A stretch of 64,000 nucleotides of DNA from Candidatus Cloacimonadales bacterium (GTDB lineage: Bacteria; Cloacimonadota; Cloacimonadia; Cloacimonadales; JAFGVF01). The DNA lies in contig OY762964.1 in the NCBI GenBank assembly GCA_963667035.1, forward strand, positions 2,336,001 through 2,400,000, in the 5' to 3' direction. The translations under genes and the position numbers were made by a program. Every line of letters begins with the position of its first letter. Within the stretch, counting starts at the first letter, position 1. A model generated the notes under the pieces. That model searched no databases and had not been told where the DNA came from. It was given only the letters and a program-made list of their open reading frames with translations. Positions 10,579-22,774 of this stretch are shown here, in pieces.

Positions 10579-11325
10579 TTATCTGCATCTATTCCGTATT
10601 GCTTTAAGATTAATGAAACCTGCTTTAATGTCAGGATTTCTTAGAAGTACATTATACTCTTTCCAATCAGGAATCTTGGATTCTACTAAACGATGGAATT
10701 CTTTACCGTGATTTTGATGCTTGAAATGGGCTAATTCATGAACTACAATGTACTCTATACACTTCACATCATAATGAAGTAAATAAAGTGATAATGTAAC
10801 AACATTCTTAAAAGGATAGCATGTTCCCCATTTTGATGTGTAATTCTTTATTTTAAATGCTACTCTATCAGGAAACAATTCAGGGAATCTTGATCTTAAA
10901 CCTGTGATTACTCGTTCAAATATTACTACTGAATTTTGAACTATAAAATTCCCAAGGATAACGTCTCTTTCGATTTTACTTTCGGGATTAGGTCCGGAAA
11001 TAATAATTCTATCCTCTATTATATCCACATTGGGTTCTTTATTTTTAACCAATTGAATATTGTACTTATCCCCCAGATACCAGAAGGAATTTTGATATTG
11101 TTTCTTAAGTTCACTATCTCTGAGATTTGTACTCTCAATCTTCTCAATCATCTTTCGAATTCTATCATCTTTTTCCTCTAAGAAATTTCTAACAAAGTCT
11201 ACACTAGAGTTAAATGGTATACTAATTCTAATCTCTCCATCTTTTTGAATACGAAGATTGAGATATCTGACCCTCTTGCGTGTAACAGTAATAGGATACT
11301 CTTTATTGTTATGGATAATCTTCAT
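10579..11325 (-). CDS. YgjP/DUF45-family zinc metallohydrolase (M48-like)
   Basis: SKWGTC, YIVVHELAHFKHQNHGKEF, IPDWKE. Confidence 0.9.
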   Translation of the reverse strand: MKIIHNNKEYPITVTRKRVRYLNLRIQKDGEIRISIPFNSSVDFVRNFLEEKDDRIRKMIEKIESTNLRDSELKKQYQNSFWYLGDKYNIQLVKNKEPNVDIIEDRIIISGPNPESKIERDVILGNFIVQNSVVIFERVITGLRSRFPELFPDRVAFKIKNYTSKWGTCYPFKNVVTLSLYLLHYDVKCIEYIVVHELAHFKHQNHGKEFHRLVESKIPDWKEYNVLLRNPDIKAGFINLKAIRNRCR

Positions 11326-11331
11326 AAAATT

Positions 11332-11356
11332 AAAAAAAGCCGGATTACTCCGGCTT
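11332..11356 (-). terminator. Terminator after rpsG
   Basis: Minus-strand AAGCCGGA-gtaa-TCCGGC followed by 7 T. Confidence 0.85.
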
Positions 11357-11376
11357 CATAAGTTATATTAGTGATT

Positions 11377-11847
11377 CTACCATCTAAGATGAGCGAATGC
11401 TTTATTAGCATCAGCCATTTTATGTGTATCTTCACGTTTTTTGATAGTATTACCTTCTTTCTTGTAGCATGAGATAAGCTCTGCTGCAAGTTTTTGGTCC
11501 ATTGATTTTTCAGAACGACCACGAGAGTAGCTGATAATCCAACGGAAAGCAATCGCTCTACCGTCTTTTTCAGAAACTTCCATAGGTATCTGATAGTTAG
11601 ATCCACCAACACGACGAGAAACAACTTTCACAAGTGGTCTAGCATTGCTCAGAGCTTGTTTGAACACTTCTAATGGATCTTCACCAGTCTTTTCTTTAAT
11701 AATATCTAAAGCACCATAAACGATTGCTTCAGCAGTAGATTTTTTACCACTATACATAATACCGTTGATAAATTTAGAAAGAATTACATCATGATACTTA
11801 GGATCAGGGAGAATCTCTCTTTCCATCGCTTTACGTCTTCTTGACAT
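11377..11847 (-). CDS. rpsG: 30S ribosomal protein S7
   Basis: MSRRR..PDPKY, RRVGGSNYQIP, HKMADANKAFAH. Confidence 0.99.
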   Translation of the reverse strand: MSRRRKAMEREILPDPKYHDVILSKFINGIMYSGKKSTAEAIVYGALDIIKEKTGEDPLEVFKQALSNARPLVKVVSRRVGGSNYQIPMEVSEKDGRAIAFRWIISYSRGRSEKSMDQKLAAELISCYKKEGNTIKKREDTHKMADANKAFAHLRW

Positions 11848-11861
11848 TTAACACTCCTTCC

Positions 11862-12236
11862 TTATTTCTTTGGACGTTTCGCCCCATACTTAGAGCGAGA
11901 GTTCATTCTTTTGTCAACACCTGCACAGTCAAGGGCACCCCTGACGATGTGGTATCTAACACCCGGAAGGTCTTTAACACGACCACCACGAACAAGAACC
12001 ATTGAATGCTCTTGTAAGTTATGGCCTTCACCAGGTATGTAAGCTGTTACTTCTATTCCATTCGACAAGCGAACACGGGCAACTTTTCTTAAAGCTGAGT
12101 TAGGTTTCTTAGGCGTGGTTGTATAAACCCTAGTACAAACACCACGTCTTTGAGGGCACTGCATAAGAGCTCTATTTTTCTTTTTCTTTATAACTCTTTT
12201 TCTGCCTTTTCTTACTAACTGATTAATTGTAGGCAC
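11862..12236 (-). CDS. rpsL: 30S ribosomal protein S12 (GTG start)
   Basis: [30 protein letters not shown]. Confidence 0.99.
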   Translation of the reverse strand: MPTINQLVRKGRKRVIKKKKNRALMQCPQRRGVCTRVYTTTPKKPNSALRKVARVRLSNGIEVTAYIPGEGHNLQEHSMVLVRGGRVKDLPGVRYHIVRGALDCAGVDKRMNSRSKYGAKRPKK

Positions 12237-12246
12237 ATTTACTCCT

Positions 12247-15200
12247 TTATATCGTATCTAATAAATCATCGAGAGATTCTTCATCCTCGATTCTAGTAAG
12301 CTCTTCAACTAAATCGCGAAGATTCTTACCTTCTTCCACACCGGACTTAATTTTACCGATATAGTGCTTAGAACCGGTTCCTACTGGTATTCTATGACCA
12401 AGTATAATACTTTCTTTGAGTCCTTCAAGTTTATCCAATCTACCATCAATAGCAGCTTGCGAAAGTACTTTTGTTGTATCTTGGAACGAAGCAGCAGATA
12501 GCCAACTATCTGTCAACAAAGAAGTTTTGGTTATACCTAAGAGGAGTGGTTCAAACGTGGCACCTTCGCCACCTCTTTGCTCAACTTCAGCATTTTCTTT
12601 CATTACCGCAGTTTTCTCAACTACCTCACCTTCGAGGAATAGAGTCTTGTTAGGATTGATGATTTTCACTTTTTTAAACATTTGTCTAATAATAACACCA
12701 ATATGTTTATCATCTATCTTCACACCCTGCTTTCTATATATCTCCTGAATCTCATTAAGAATGAGAGTTTGAGCGGCTTTAATACCTTTAACTCTCAATA
12801 CGTCATGAGGATCAAGTGGTCCGTCAGAAAGTGCATCTCCACTTTCTACAATGTCACCTTGGTGAACTATTATACGTTTACCTGAAGGTATAACATACTT
12901 ACGTCCAACGAGTGGCTGACCATCCTTAACGACGTCATCATCAGTATAAATAGATTCTTGGAATGCAGGGATATCGAACACATGACCTGAGAGCGGTAAC
13001 TTTGTGCTGACTTTTTCACCGTCAGTTACGATGATTTGTTGATCTGCAGGAATATGATACTTATATTCCCTACCGGATTTAACAACAATATAGACATCCT
13101 GACCTTCTTCAGTCTTGTCACCGAAACGGATTGTACCATTTCGTTTTGAAATTATTGCATCTTCCGGAACTACGAAAATCTTACGATTTCCATCTTCATC
13201 AGTATCTCCCAAGATAACTTTACCATCTATAGGTGAGAAAACACTACTGTCGGGGGTTACGAATATATCACGACCTGTTTTCTTTAAACCACCAATGGTA
13301 ATCTTACCGTTAATCTCGGAGATAACTGCTTTCTCTTTTGGCACACGTGCTTCAAAGAGATCCTGTACACGTGGCAAGCCACCGGTAATATCGCGCTGTT
13401 TAACAGTAACACGAGATGTCTCACCAAGTCTGTGACCATGGTAAACATAAGTACCATCTTCCACTTTAACGTTAAGACCTGTTGGAAGCGGAACAAGTGC
13501 TTCGGTTCCATCTTCATCAACAATCTTGAACTGTGGCTGAATCTTTCTGTCCTTCGATTCAATAATGGTAATTTCTCTGAGTCCTGTAAGCTCGTTGAAT
13601 TCCTCTTTATAAGTAAAATCTTTTACGAAGTTCTCATAATGAAGAATACCTTTCGCAGTACTGATGAGCGGATTGTTGTATGGATCCCAACTAAACAGTT
13701 TAGTATCCTGGGCAATCTTCTGGTTATCCTCTACATAAACAGTAGAAGCATACTCAACTTTGTATTCTTCCAGAACGTTATCAGGATCCTTCTCATCAAC
13801 AAGAAGAATCTTACCGAGATGGCTTACTGAAATCTTTTCACCTTCTTTAGTAGTTACGACATTCATTCTATCGAACTTTGTAACCCCATCGAATCCTGAA
13901 CTGACTTCTGCAGTATCAATCTGAGTACTGGATGCACCACCAATATGGAATGTTCTGAGAGTAAGCTGAGTACCGGGTTCACCAATACTTTGAGCAGCGA
14001 TAACACCAACCGGTTCACCGATTGTAACAGATTTTTGAGTTGCAAGGTTTCTGCCGTAACATTTGGCACAAACACCCTTTTCGCATTCGCAGGTTAAGAC
14101 TGATCGTACTTTAACAGATATGATTCCATGTTTTTCAATCAGATGAGCCATCTCATGGTCAATTTCTTGACCGGCAATAACGATAACCTCATCAGTAATA
14201 GGATCATAAATGTCTTCAGCCGCAGTACGTCCTTCAATTTTCTCAGCTAATGTCTGAACAATCTCTTGTCCTTCTTTTAAAGCTGTTATCTCAATACCAT
14301 CAATCGTACCGCAATCTTCTTGGGTAATAATTGAGTTTTGAGCAACGTCAACAAGACGTCTTGTTAGATAACCTGCATCAGCAGTTTTAAGAGCAGTATC
14401 AGCCAGACCTTTTCTTGCACCGTGAGTAGAGATGAAATACTCAAGAACCGAGAGACCTTCTTTAAAGTTTGATTTAATTGGAGTTTCAATAACACCAATA
14501 TCATCACTAGTACTCTTAGTAGGTTTATCCATCAATCCACGCATCGCTCCAAGCTGTTTAATCTGGTCACGACTTCCTCTTGCACCGGACTTATACATCA
14601 TATAGATGGAGTTAAGTCCGTTTCTATCTTTTTCCAAATCGGTCATGAGCTTCTCGGTAACCTCTTCTGTAGCTGATTTCCATTTATCAACTACACGTTG
14701 CATTCTTTCTTTCTCAGTAATAATACCTGAAAGATATAGCTCTTGAATGCTCTTAACTTCAGCTTCTTTCTCAGAAAGTATCTCTCTCTTAGAATCAGGA
14801 ACAACAATATCCCCGAAGCTGAAAGTAACACCGGCTCTTGTAGCATACTTGAAGCCGGTTTCTTTAAGACGATCAAGGAACAAGGCAGTTTCGAACTGTC
14901 CCACTTTGTGGAAACATATCATTGCAAGTTCATTGAGTTTACCTTTGTTTAATACTTCATTCATGTAAGGAACTTCCTTAGGAAGGATAGTATTAAATAT
15001 TACACGACCAACTGTAGTTATTATATATTTCTTACCAACTTTGTATCTAATCCATGTATGAAGGTCAATGGTTCTTTCCATTGAAGCTTCACCTTTAACG
15101 CTACAATACATCTCATCATTATCGTAAGCTGTCAGAACTTCATCAGCATCTTGGAATACAGGAAGTTTTGCATCATCAGCAGGTTTTTCTCCCGCCTCAA

Positions 15201-16734
15201 GAGTGAGATAGTAAGTGCCAAGAACAATATCCTGGTTTGCAGCCATAGCTAGCTTACCGTTAGAAGGAAGAAGAAGGTTACGAGAAGAAAGCATCAAGAC
15301 ACGAGCTTCCATTCTAGCCTCTTCAGACAATGGAACATAAACAGCCATCTGGTCACCATCAAAGTCAGCATTATAAGGAATACAAACCATTGGGTGAAGC
15401 TGAATAGCTTTGTTCTCAGTCAATACAGGCATAAATGCTTGAATACCGAGTCTGTGAAGAGTCGGAGCACGGTTAAGAAGAACAGGATAATCCTGTACGA
15501 CTTCTTCAAGTATCTTCCATATTTCAGGTTGATTCTTTTCGATCATCTTCTTAGCAGTTTTAGCCTTCTCAGCAGCTCCTATCTTCTCTAATCTTTCAAT
15601 AATGAAAGGCTTAAAGAGCTCTTTTGCCATCTCTTTTGGTAAGCCACATTGATAAATCTTTAACTCCGGACCAACTGTGATAACCGAACGACCGGAATAG
15701 TCAACACGTTTACCAAGTAAGTTTTGACGGAAACGTCCTTGCTTACCTTTCAATTGATCTGTAAGTGATTTAAGGGCCCTTGAACCTCTTCCTTTCACAG
15801 GACGAGATTTCTTTGAGTTATCTATGAGAGCATCAACAGCTTCTTGAAGCATTCGTTTTTCATTTCTGAGAATAACTTCAGGAGCTCTGATTTCCAATAA
15901 CTGTTTCAATCTATTATTTCTTGTGATAACACGTCTGTATAAATCGTTGAAGTCAGCAGTTGCAAATCTACCACCATCAAGTGGAACTAAAGGTCTGAGT
16001 GTTGGAGGCATTATAGGCAATACTTCTAAAACCATCCATTCAGGTTTATTTCCTGAATTTCGGAAAGCCTCAACAATCTTTAATTTTTTGATTAACTTCT
16101 GCTTCTTAAGCGGAGAAGTCTCCATTAGAATAAGAGTCTTTAAATTCTGGGATTCCTTTTCCAAATCAATTTCGGAAAGCATATGTCTGATAGCTTCGCC
16201 ACCAATCATTGCAACAAAGGTCTCTCCTAATTGATCTCTTTTCTCGTAATATTCATCAGTATCAACTAATTCATACTTCTCATAAGGAGAGTCACCGGGT
16301 TCAATAACAACGTACGATTCATAATAGAGTATTCTTTCGAGTGTCTTTGTAGTAAGATCAAGCAAAGTACCTATCTTACTTGGAGCACTTGAAACAAACC
16401 AGATATGAGCAACAGGAACAGCAAGTTCAATATGTCCCATTCTTGTTCTACGAACACGAGAGGATGTAACTTCAACACCGCATCTGTCGCAAACGGTTCC
16501 TGCAAATCTTTTCTTTTTGTATTTACCGCAAGAGCATTCATAATCTCTTTCCGGACCAAATATTCTTTCGCAGAAAAGACCGTCTTTCTCCGGTTTCAAT
16601 GTTCTATAATTTAATGTGTCGGATTTTGATACTTCACCATAAGACCATGATCTTATTGCTTCCGGAGAGGCAATTTTAATTCTTACTGCGTCGTAATTCT
16701 CAATCTTCTTTTCTCTTTTAATTTCTCTAATCAC
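12247..16734 (-). CDS. rpoC: RNA polymerase beta-prime subunit
   Basis: NADFDGDQM catalytic motif, zinc-finger Cys residues, [13 protein letters not shown], trigger-loop insertion. Confidence 0.99.
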   Translation of the reverse strand: MIREIKREKKIENYDAVRIKIASPEAIRSWSYGEVSKSDTLNYRTLKPEKDGLFCERIFGPERDYECSCGKYKKKRFAGTVCDRCGVEVTSSRVRRTRMGHIELAVPVAHIWFVSSAPSKIGTLLDLTTKTLERILYYESYVVIEPGDSPYEKYELVDTDEYYEKRDQLGETFVAMIGGEAIRHMLSEIDLEKESQNLKTLILMETSPLKKQKLIKKLKIVEAFRNSGNKPEWMVLEVLPIMPPTLRPLVPLDGGRFATADFNDLYRRVITRNNRLKQLLEIRAPEVILRNEKRMLQEAVDALIDNSKKSRPVKGRGSRALKSLTDQLKGKQGRFRQNLLGKRVDYSGRSVITVGPELKIYQCGLPKEMAKELFKPFIIERLEKIGAAEKAKTAKKMIEKNQPEIWKILEEVVQDYPVLLNRAPTLHRLGIQAFMPVLTENKAIQLHPMVCIPYNADFDGDQMAVYVPLSEEARMEARVLMLSSRNLLLPSNGKLAMAANQDIVLGTYYLTLEAGEKPADDAKLPVFQDADEVLTAYDNDEMYCSVKGEASMERTIDLHTWIRYKVGKKYIITTVGRVIFNTILPKEVPYMNEVLNKGKLNELAMICFHKVGQFETALFLDRLKETGFKYATRAGVTFSFGDIVVPDSKREILSEKEAEVKSIQELYLSGIITEKERMQRVVDKWKSATEEVTEKLMTDLEKDRNGLNSIYMMYKSGARGSRDQIKQLGAMRGLMDKPTKSTSDDIGVIETPIKSNFKEGLSVLEYFISTHGARKGLADTALKTADAGYLTRRLVDVAQNSIITQEDCGTIDGIEITALKEGQEIVQTLAEKIEGRTAAEDIYDPITDEVIVIAGQEIDHEMAHLIEKHGIISVKVRSVLTCECEKGVCAKCYGRNLATQKSVTIGEPVGVIAAQSIGEPGTQLTLRTFHIGGASSTQIDTAEVSSGFDGVTKFDRMNVVTTKEGEKISVSHLGKILLVDEKDPDNVLEEYKVEYASTVYVEDNQKIAQDTKLFSWDPYNNPLISTAKGILHYENFVKDFTYKEEFNELTGLREITIIESKDRKIQPQFKIVDEDGTEALVPLPTGLNVKVEDGTYVYHGHRLGETSRVTVKQRDITGGLPRVQDLFEARVPKEKAVISEINGKITIGGLKKTGRDIFVTPDSSVFSPIDGKVILGDTDEDGNRKIFVVPEDAIISKRNGTIRFGDKTEEGQDVYIVVKSGREYKYHIPADQQIIVTDGEKVSTKLPLSGHVFDIPAFQESIYTDDDVVKDGQPLVGRKYVIPSGKRIIVHQGDIVESGDALSDGPLDPHDVLRVKGIKAAQTLILNEIQEIYRKQGVKIDDKHIGVIIRQMFKKVKIINPNKTLFLEGEVVEKTAVMKENAEVEQRGGEGATFEPLLLGITKTSLLTDSWLSAASFQDTTKVLSQAAIDGRLDKLEGLKESIILGHRIPVGTGSKHYIGKIKSGVEEGKNLRDLVEELTRIEDEESLDDLLDTI

Positions 16735-16746
16735 TATTGCCTCCGA

Positions 16747-19700
16747 TTAACGATGGTCTTCTTTGATAAATTCAATATCAAAACCAAGTGATTGTAACTC
16801 ACTTATTAACACGTTAAATGACTCTGGTACACCAGGTGGTGGTGGGTTCTTACCACTGGTAATAGCTTTAAAGGCATTTGTTCTACCATCTACATCGTCA
16901 GATTTAATTGTGAGCATTTCTTCGAGTAAATGAGCTGCACCATAAGCTTCAAGAGCCCATACCTCCATCTCTCCAAGTCTCTGTCCACCATGCTGAGCTT
17001 TACCGCCCAATGGTTGCTGAGTAATAAGAGAGTAAGGACCTGTTGAACGAGCATGCATTTTATCTGCTACCAGATGGTTAAGTTTCATCATGTAGATTAT
17101 GCCGACTGTAACCCTTTCCTTAAATGGTTCGCCGGTTTTTCCATCATAAAGAACCTGCTTACCATCAATTGGGAGTTTAGCTGATTTGAGTTCTTGGCTA
17201 ATATCTTCCCAAGTAGCTCCATCAAAAATAGGAGTTTCAACTTCAAAACCAAGGGTTCTAGCTGCCATGCCCAAATGGGTTTCCATAATCTGACCAATGT
17301 TCATACGTGATGGCACACCAAGTGGATTTAATACGATATCAACAGGTGTTCCATCTTCCATAAATGGCATATCTTCGATTGGAGCGACTATAGATATAAC
17401 ACCTTTATTACCATGTCTACCTGCCATCTTATCTCCAACCTGGATTTTACGTTTCTTTGCGATATACACTTTTACCATTTTGCGAACACCATAAGGTAAT
17501 TCGTCACCATGTTTCAAGCGATCTCGCTCTTTCTTATATATATTGTCACTTTCATCTTTCGCATTCTTAACGGCAAGTATCACATTCTGATAAATAATTA
17601 AATTCTTTTCAGGATCTTCAACAAGTTCAAGATCTGTGTTAAGACGTTTGAAATCTATTCTCTTTAAATCATCTTTAGTAATTTTCTTACCTGGAGCGAT
17701 GAAAGGTATTTTTGTTTTTTCGTGAACGATATTCTTTGCAGTTTCACCAACTAGATAATCGCTTAATCTGTCTTCTTTATATTCCGAAATACGATTTCTT
17801 CTTGAAAGCTGATCTGTTTTGAGTCTCTTAATTGTTCCTTTATGATCTTCCTCAAGATCATTGTACTCTTCCGATCTGGAGAATACTTTTACATCAATAA
17901 CGTATCCTTCCATACCCGGTTTAGCCTTAAGTGAGCTATTAGTGAAATCTCCGGCTCTATCGCCAAACAATGCACGCATAAGGTTTTCTTCCGGAGAAGG
18001 GTCGATTTCAACACTCTTGGGAGTTATCTTTCCTACTATGATGTCTCCGGCTTTAACTTGAGAACCAACTCTAATAATACCTGTTTTATCAAGGTTTCTT
18101 AAAGATTGTACCGGAACGTTAGGAATATCATAGGCTAACTGCTCTTTACCGTTTTTGACATTACGTACAAGAACCTCAAGTTCTTCAATATATATTGAAG
18201 TAAGAGAGTCTCTTCTTGCTACATTCTCACTAAGAATAATAGCATCCTCATAGTTGTAACCATACCAAGGCATGAAAGCAACTAGCATGTTGGTTCCAAG
18301 AGCAAGACGTTCGTCTTCAATACAAGCACCGTCAGTTAATTGCTGCCCTTCAACAACCCTTTGTCCAACTTTAACAATTGGTCGTTGATTAATACAAGTA
18401 TCTTGATTTGAGCGTAAGAACTTTTTAAGTCTGATACGTCTCAAGTCATTAAATGAAAGATAGTTTGCTGATTTTTTATCTGGTTCAATCTCAATATATT
18501 CTGAGGTAACGCTTTTAATAGTACCATTATAAGGTGCTAGAAGAACAGTACCTGAATTTTTTGCAACTATTCTCTCCATAGATGTTCCGACAACCGGAGC
18601 TTCAGGATTTAGGAGAGGAACAGCTTGTCGTTGCATGTTAGAACCCATGAGAGCACGGTTAGCATCATCATGCTCCAAGAAAGGAACAAGTGCGGCAGAA
18701 ACCGAAACCATCTGCTGAGGTGAAACGTCCATATATTGTACATCAGTTGGAGGCACCAATACGAATTCACCCTTAGTCCTAGCATAGATCACATCGTCAG
18801 TAATCTCATGTTTTTCATTCATAGTAACATTTATCTGAGCAATGAGATAATGATCTTCTTGAGCTGGATCTAAGAACTCAACTTCACCGATAACTTTACC
18901 ATCCACAACTTTATAATAAGGTGTTTCAAGGAATCCCAAGTCATTAATTCTTGAAAATATTGATGGTGAAGAGAGCAAACCAATGTTAGCTCCTTCAGGA
19001 GTCTCAATAGGACATACACGTCCATAATGAGAATAGTGAACGTCTCGGACTTCAAAACCTGCTCTCTCACGAGTTAGACCACCAGGTCCAAGTGCAGAGA
19101 ATCTACGTTTATGAGTTAAAGCTGCAAGAGGGTTCGCTTGCTCCATATACTGTGAGAGCTGACCTGTAAGGAAGAAGGTATTTATAACACTGATAAGAGC
19201 ATTACTGTTTACTAAGTCGTGAACAGTTACCTCATCGTTGTTAGCAATAGCCATTCTTTCTCTTGCAATTCTAGCAACCATATTGAGACCCATTGTATAT
19301 TGCTCTTGAAGCAATTCACCAATGGTTCGAATTCTTCTGTTTGCTAAATGGTCGATATCATCAACTACATCAGAATCGTTGTAAATATTGATTAGAGTAC
19401 TAAAAATACTCTTAAAATCATCTACAGTAAGAGAATGGTTATCAAGAGGTATATCAAGCTCTAAACGGCTATTCATCTTGTAGCGCCCGACAGCACCAAG
19501 ATTATATTTTTTTACATTGAAAAACATCTGGTTAATGAATTCAGCTGCAACTTCAGCTGCAGGTTCTTCACCAGGACGTATAAGATTGTATATTTTCTTA
19601 GCGGCTTCATCTTGACTTGTTGTTGGGTCTTTATCAATGGTAGATTCCAATACTTTCTTCAGAATCTCATTTGGATTCTTAATAATATCTATCTCTTTAA

Positions 19701-20529
19701 GACCACCTTGAGCTAATTCCTTCAGAAGTTCAGGAGTAAGCTTTTCTCCGCCTTTAACAACAATCTCATCATGTGAATTTTTAATGTCTGTAAAACTATA
19801 ACAGTTAGTAGCTTTGTTCAATTTAACGGTTTCTTTTTCATAGAAAGCATTACGTAAATCATCATTTTCAGAGATTCCGATAGCTCTTAAAAGAACAGAC
19901 ACCGGTAACTTACGTCTTTTATCAATGTGAACATACATAACATCATGAATATCAATATTCATTTCCATCCATGATCCAACATACGGAATCACCTTACAGG
20001 AATAAAGCATTTTACCGCTTGGATGTTTCTCTTCTGAGAAATATACACCGGGTGATCTGTGTAGCTGAGAGATGATAATTCTCTCTGCACCGTTAATCAT
20101 GTAAGTACCTTGTTGAGTTACTAAGGGTAACTCACCAAGAAAGACTTCCTGTTCAATCGAATCCTTAATTTCTCGTTTTCCACCTTCACCATCTTCTTCT
20201 TCAAAGATATGCAAAAGCATTTTTGCTTTGATAGCAGCTTGGTAAGTAAGATTTCTTTCAATACATTCTTCGATTGTATATTTTTCCTTCAAGACATTGT
20301 AGCTAATAAACTCAAGACGATAGTTGCCTTTTGTGTCTTCAATAGGGAAAACATTGTTAAAAACAGCTTGCAAACCCTTTTCTTCCCTTTGTGAGGGAGG
20401 GACATTCCTCTGTAGGAATTCCTCGAATGAATCAACCTGCATAGCGAGAAGATTTGGCACTTCCACTTTAGGAATCTGTAATTGGTCAAATCTATTGGCT
20501 ATACGGGAATAACTTTTGATATGTCTCAA
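16747..20529 (-). CDS. rpoB: RNA polymerase beta subunit (TTG start)
   Basis: GDKMAGRHGNKG, HDDANRALMGSNMQRQ, GQRLGEMEVWALEAYGA. Confidence 0.99.
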   Translation of the reverse strand: MRHIKSYSRIANRFDQLQIPKVEVPNLLAMQVDSFEEFLQRNVPPSQREEKGLQAVFNNVFPIEDTKGNYRLEFISYNVLKEKYTIEECIERNLTYQAAIKAKMLLHIFEEEDGEGGKREIKDSIEQEVFLGELPLVTQQGTYMINGAERIIISQLHRSPGVYFSEEKHPSGKMLYSCKVIPYVGSWMEMNIDIHDVMYVHIDKRRKLPVSVLLRAIGISENDDLRNAFYEKETVKLNKATNCYSFTDIKNSHDEIVVKGGEKLTPELLKELAQGGLKEIDIIKNPNEILKKVLESTIDKDPTTSQDEAAKKIYNLIRPGEEPAAEVAAEFINQMFFNVKKYNLGAVGRYKMNSRLELDIPLDNHSLTVDDFKSIFSTLINIYNDSDVVDDIDHLANRRIRTIGELLQEQYTMGLNMVARIARERMAIANNDEVTVHDLVNSNALISVINTFFLTGQLSQYMEQANPLAALTHKRRFSALGPGGLTRERAGFEVRDVHYSHYGRVCPIETPEGANIGLLSSPSIFSRINDLGFLETPYYKVVDGKVIGEVEFLDPAQEDHYLIAQINVTMNEKHEITDDVIYARTKGEFVLVPPTDVQYMDVSPQQMVSVSAALVPFLEHDDANRALMGSNMQRQAVPLLNPEAPVVGTSMERIVAKNSGTVLLAPYNGTIKSVTSEYIEIEPDKKSANYLSFNDLRRIRLKKFLRSNQDTCINQRPIVKVGQRVVEGQQLTDGACIEDERLALGTNMLVAFMPWYGYNYEDAIILSENVARRDSLTSIYIEELEVLVRNVKNGKEQLAYDIPNVPVQSLRNLDKTGIIRVGSQVKAGDIIVGKITPKSVEIDPSPEENLMRALFGDRAGDFTNSSLKAKPGMEGYVIDVKVFSRSEEYNDLEEDHKGTIKRLKTDQLSRRNRISEYKEDRLSDYLVGETAKNIVHEKTKIPFIAPGKKITKDDLKRIDFKRLNTDLELVEDPEKNLIIYQNVILAVKNAKDESDNIYKKERDRLKHGDELPYGVRKMVKVYIAKKRKIQVGDKMAGRHGNKGVISIVAPIEDMPFMEDGTPVDIVLNPLGVPSRMNIGQIMETHLGMAARTLGFEVETPIFDGATWEDISQELKSAKLPIDGKQVLYDGKTGEPFKERVTVGIIYMMKLNHLVADKMHARSTGPYSLITQQPLGGKAQHGGQRLGEMEVWALEAYGAAHLLEEMLTIKSDDVDGRTNAFKAITSGKNPPPPGVPESFNVLISELQSLGFDIEFIKEDHR

Positions 20530-20588
20530 AAGTCGCTCCTTTAATAATTCTTTGAAATGTTAAGAGATAGAGGTTCTTAAATACAATT

Positions 20589-20615
20589 GGAAGTGGATGT
20601 AAACCATCCACTTCC
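20589..20615 (-). promoter_or_regulatory. rplL-rpoB intergenic hairpin (attenuator or processing site candidate)
   Basis: Perfect 11-bp stem GGAAGTGGATG-taaac-CATCCACTTCC with a weak U tail. Confidence 0.55.
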
Positions 20616-20633
20616 TTAAAGTTGTGACTTGAA

Positions 20634-21011
20634 CTATTTAATTTCGCAAGATGCTCCAGCGTCGTCAAGTTTAGCTTTGACTGCTTCAGCTTCTTCTTTT
20701 GATACTTTTTCAGCGATTGGTTTTGGTGCAGAATCAACAAGAGCTTTAGCTTCTTTAAGACCAAGCTTAGTGATTTCACGAACAACTTTAATAACGTTGA
20801 TCTTTTTCTCACCAGCACTTGTAAGAACTACATCAAATTCTGTTTTTTCTTCAGCAGCTTCAGCACCTGCACCGGGCATAGCAGCAACAGCAGCTACAGG
20901 AGCAGCAGCACTTACACCAAATATTTCTTCGAGATCTTTTACTAATTCAGAAAGTTCAAGAACGGACATTTCTTTTATTATATCAATAATCTGTTGTTTC
21001 TTCTCAGACAT
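20634..21011 (-). CDS. rplL: 50S ribosomal protein L7/L12
   Basis: [26 protein letters not shown]. Confidence 0.99.
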   Translation of the reverse strand: MSEKKQQIIDIIKEMSVLELSELVKDLEEIFGVSAAAPVAAVAAMPGAGAEAAEEKTEFDVVLTSAGEKKINVIKVVREITKLGLKEAKALVDSAPKPIAEKVSKEEAEAVKAKLDDAGASCEIK

Positions 21012-21047
21012 GGTTCCTCCAAATATTATTCTTTTTCTTTTTAATTT

Positions 21048-21578
21048 TTATTCAGCTTTTTGTTTAGCGATAGCGTCAACAGCATAGAAGAATTTCTTGA
21101 TGATTCCGGCACATACTGTAGCCATTCCTTGGATAGGTCCGTTGAAACATCTAAGTACCTGACCGAGTAATTCTTCTCTTGAAGGCATCTTAGAGAGTTG
21201 GTGAAGTTGTTTCTGATCGAATACTACACCATTAATATAACCTACTTTAAAGGATGGGAATTCTTTATCACCCATTACATCTTTCTTAAACTGTGCTACT
21301 ACTTTTGCAGGTGCAACTTCATCATTCATAGATACTGCAACTGCTGTTGAATCTTTGAGATATGAATCAAGTTCGTTTACACCGAGTTCATTGAGAGCAA
21401 TCTTGATAAGTGTATTCTTCTGTACGAAGTAATCTACAGCTTCTGTTCTCATACGATGTCTTAACTCATTAACCTCATCTATGTTTATTCCTTTGTAATC
21501 CACCAAGACAATCGCCTTAGCATCTTTAATGCGAGCCTTAATCTCTTTTACTGCGTCTATTTTATAGCTTTGTACCAT
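21048..21578 (-). CDS. rplJ: 50S ribosomal protein L10
   Basis: DYKGI..LR, KNTLIKIAL, MPSREELL; position in the operon. Confidence 0.98.
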   Translation of the reverse strand: MVQSYKIDAVKEIKARIKDAKAIVLVDYKGINIDEVNELRHRMRTEAVDYFVQKNTLIKIALNELGVNELDSYLKDSTAVAVSMNDEVAPAKVVAQFKKDVMGDKEFPSFKVGYINGVVFDQKQLHQLSKMPSREELLGQVLRCFNGPIQGMATVCAGIIKKFFYAVDAIAKQKAE

Positions 21579-21588
21579 TGGGGCTCTC

Positions 21589-22293
21589 CTAATTCTTTGC
21601 TTCTAAAGTTGCAGATGCAATGTTCAGCTTTATACCAGGACTCATAGTAGCGGTTACAGTAATACTCTTAATGTAAACACCTTTGAGTGCACTTGGTTTG
21701 TCTTTTAAAACTGCATTTATGATTGATTTGATATTATCATAAAGCTTGTTTTGTTCGAAGCTGACTTTTCCGGCAGGAATGTGAAGGTTTGAGAACTTAT
21801 CTACACGGTAAGCCACCTTACCACCTTTTGAATCCTGAACGGCTTTAGCTACATCCATTGTAACTGTTCCAACTTTTGGATTTGGCATTAAACCACGAGG
21901 TCCAAGTACTCTACCTAAACGACCAATCTTACCCATTAAGTTTGGAGTTGCTATTACTACGTCAAAATCAATCCAACCTGAATTGATTTTCTCGATATAT
22001 TCATCGAGACCAACATAGTTAGCACCGGCAGCTTGAGCTTCTTCAGCTTTTGCACCTTCTGCAAAAACGAGTACGCTTACCTGTTTTCCGGTTCCGTGGG
22101 GTAAGATAAGGGAGTTACGGATCTGTTGATCAGCCTTACGAGGATCGACACCTAGATTGAAATGAACTTCAACTGTCTCGTCAAATTTAGACGTGGGTAA
22201 TGACTTGAGCAGCTCTATTGCTTCGGCAATATCATATCTTTTCAATCTATCGACCTGGGTAAGGGCTTGGCGATATTTTTTACTTTTATGCAT
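21589..22293 (-). CDS. rplA: 50S ribosomal protein L1
   Basis: [34 protein letters not shown]. Confidence 0.99.
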   Translation of the reverse strand: MHKSKKYRQALTQVDRLKRYDIAEAIELLKSLPTSKFDETVEVHFNLGVDPRKADQQIRNSLILPHGTGKQVSVLVFAEGAKAEEAQAAGANYVGLDEYIEKINSGWIDFDVVIATPNLMGKIGRLGRVLGPRGLMPNPKVGTVTMDVAKAVQDSKGGKVAYRVDKFSNLHIPAGKVSFEQNKLYDNIKSIINAVLKDKPSALKGVYIKSITVTATMSPGIKLNIASATLEAKN

Positions 22294-22324
22294 TCATACT
22301 CCTTCTAGAATATTCTTCGCAGGT

Positions 22325-22753
22325 TTAGTCTTCGACTAAAACACCCATACTACGTGCAGTTCCTGCGACCATACTCATAGCGGATTCAATGGAATGACAA
22401 TTCATATCTTGCATTTTCATCTCAGCTATCTTTCTGACAGATTCCTTAGATACTGTACCAACTTTAGTTTTGTTGGGTTCTCCGGAACCTTTAGCTAAAC
22501 CAGCCTCTTTCTTAATTAAAACAGCTGCAGGAGGAGTTTTAATTTCGAACGTGAAAGACTTGTTTTTAGCAACAGAGATAACAACCGGGAAAATCATCCC
22601 CGGGCTGTCTTTTGTTCGATCGTTGAACTGACGGCAAAATTCTGCAATGTTAACACCAGCTTGACCGAGAGCAGGACCGACTGGAGGTGCAGGGGTCGCT
22701 TGTCCGGCAGGTAACTGGAGCTTTACGATAGTTATGTTTTCATTCTTTGCCAT
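22325..22753 (-). CDS. rplK: 50S ribosomal protein L11
   Basis: [25 protein letters not shown]. Confidence 0.99.
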   Translation of the reverse strand: MAKNENITIVKLQLPAGQATPAPPVGPALGQAGVNIAEFCRQFNDRTKDSPGMIFPVVISVAKNKSFTFEIKTPPAAVLIKKEAGLAKGSGEPNKTKVGTVSKESVRKIAEMKMQDMNCHSIESAMSMVAGTARSMGVLVED

Positions 22754-22774
22754 TATTCTACCTCATCTATTAAG

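Noticed and set aside
21579..21588. L10 leader RNA
   Set aside because: Only 10 nt separate rplA and rplJ, leaving no room for the usual leader.
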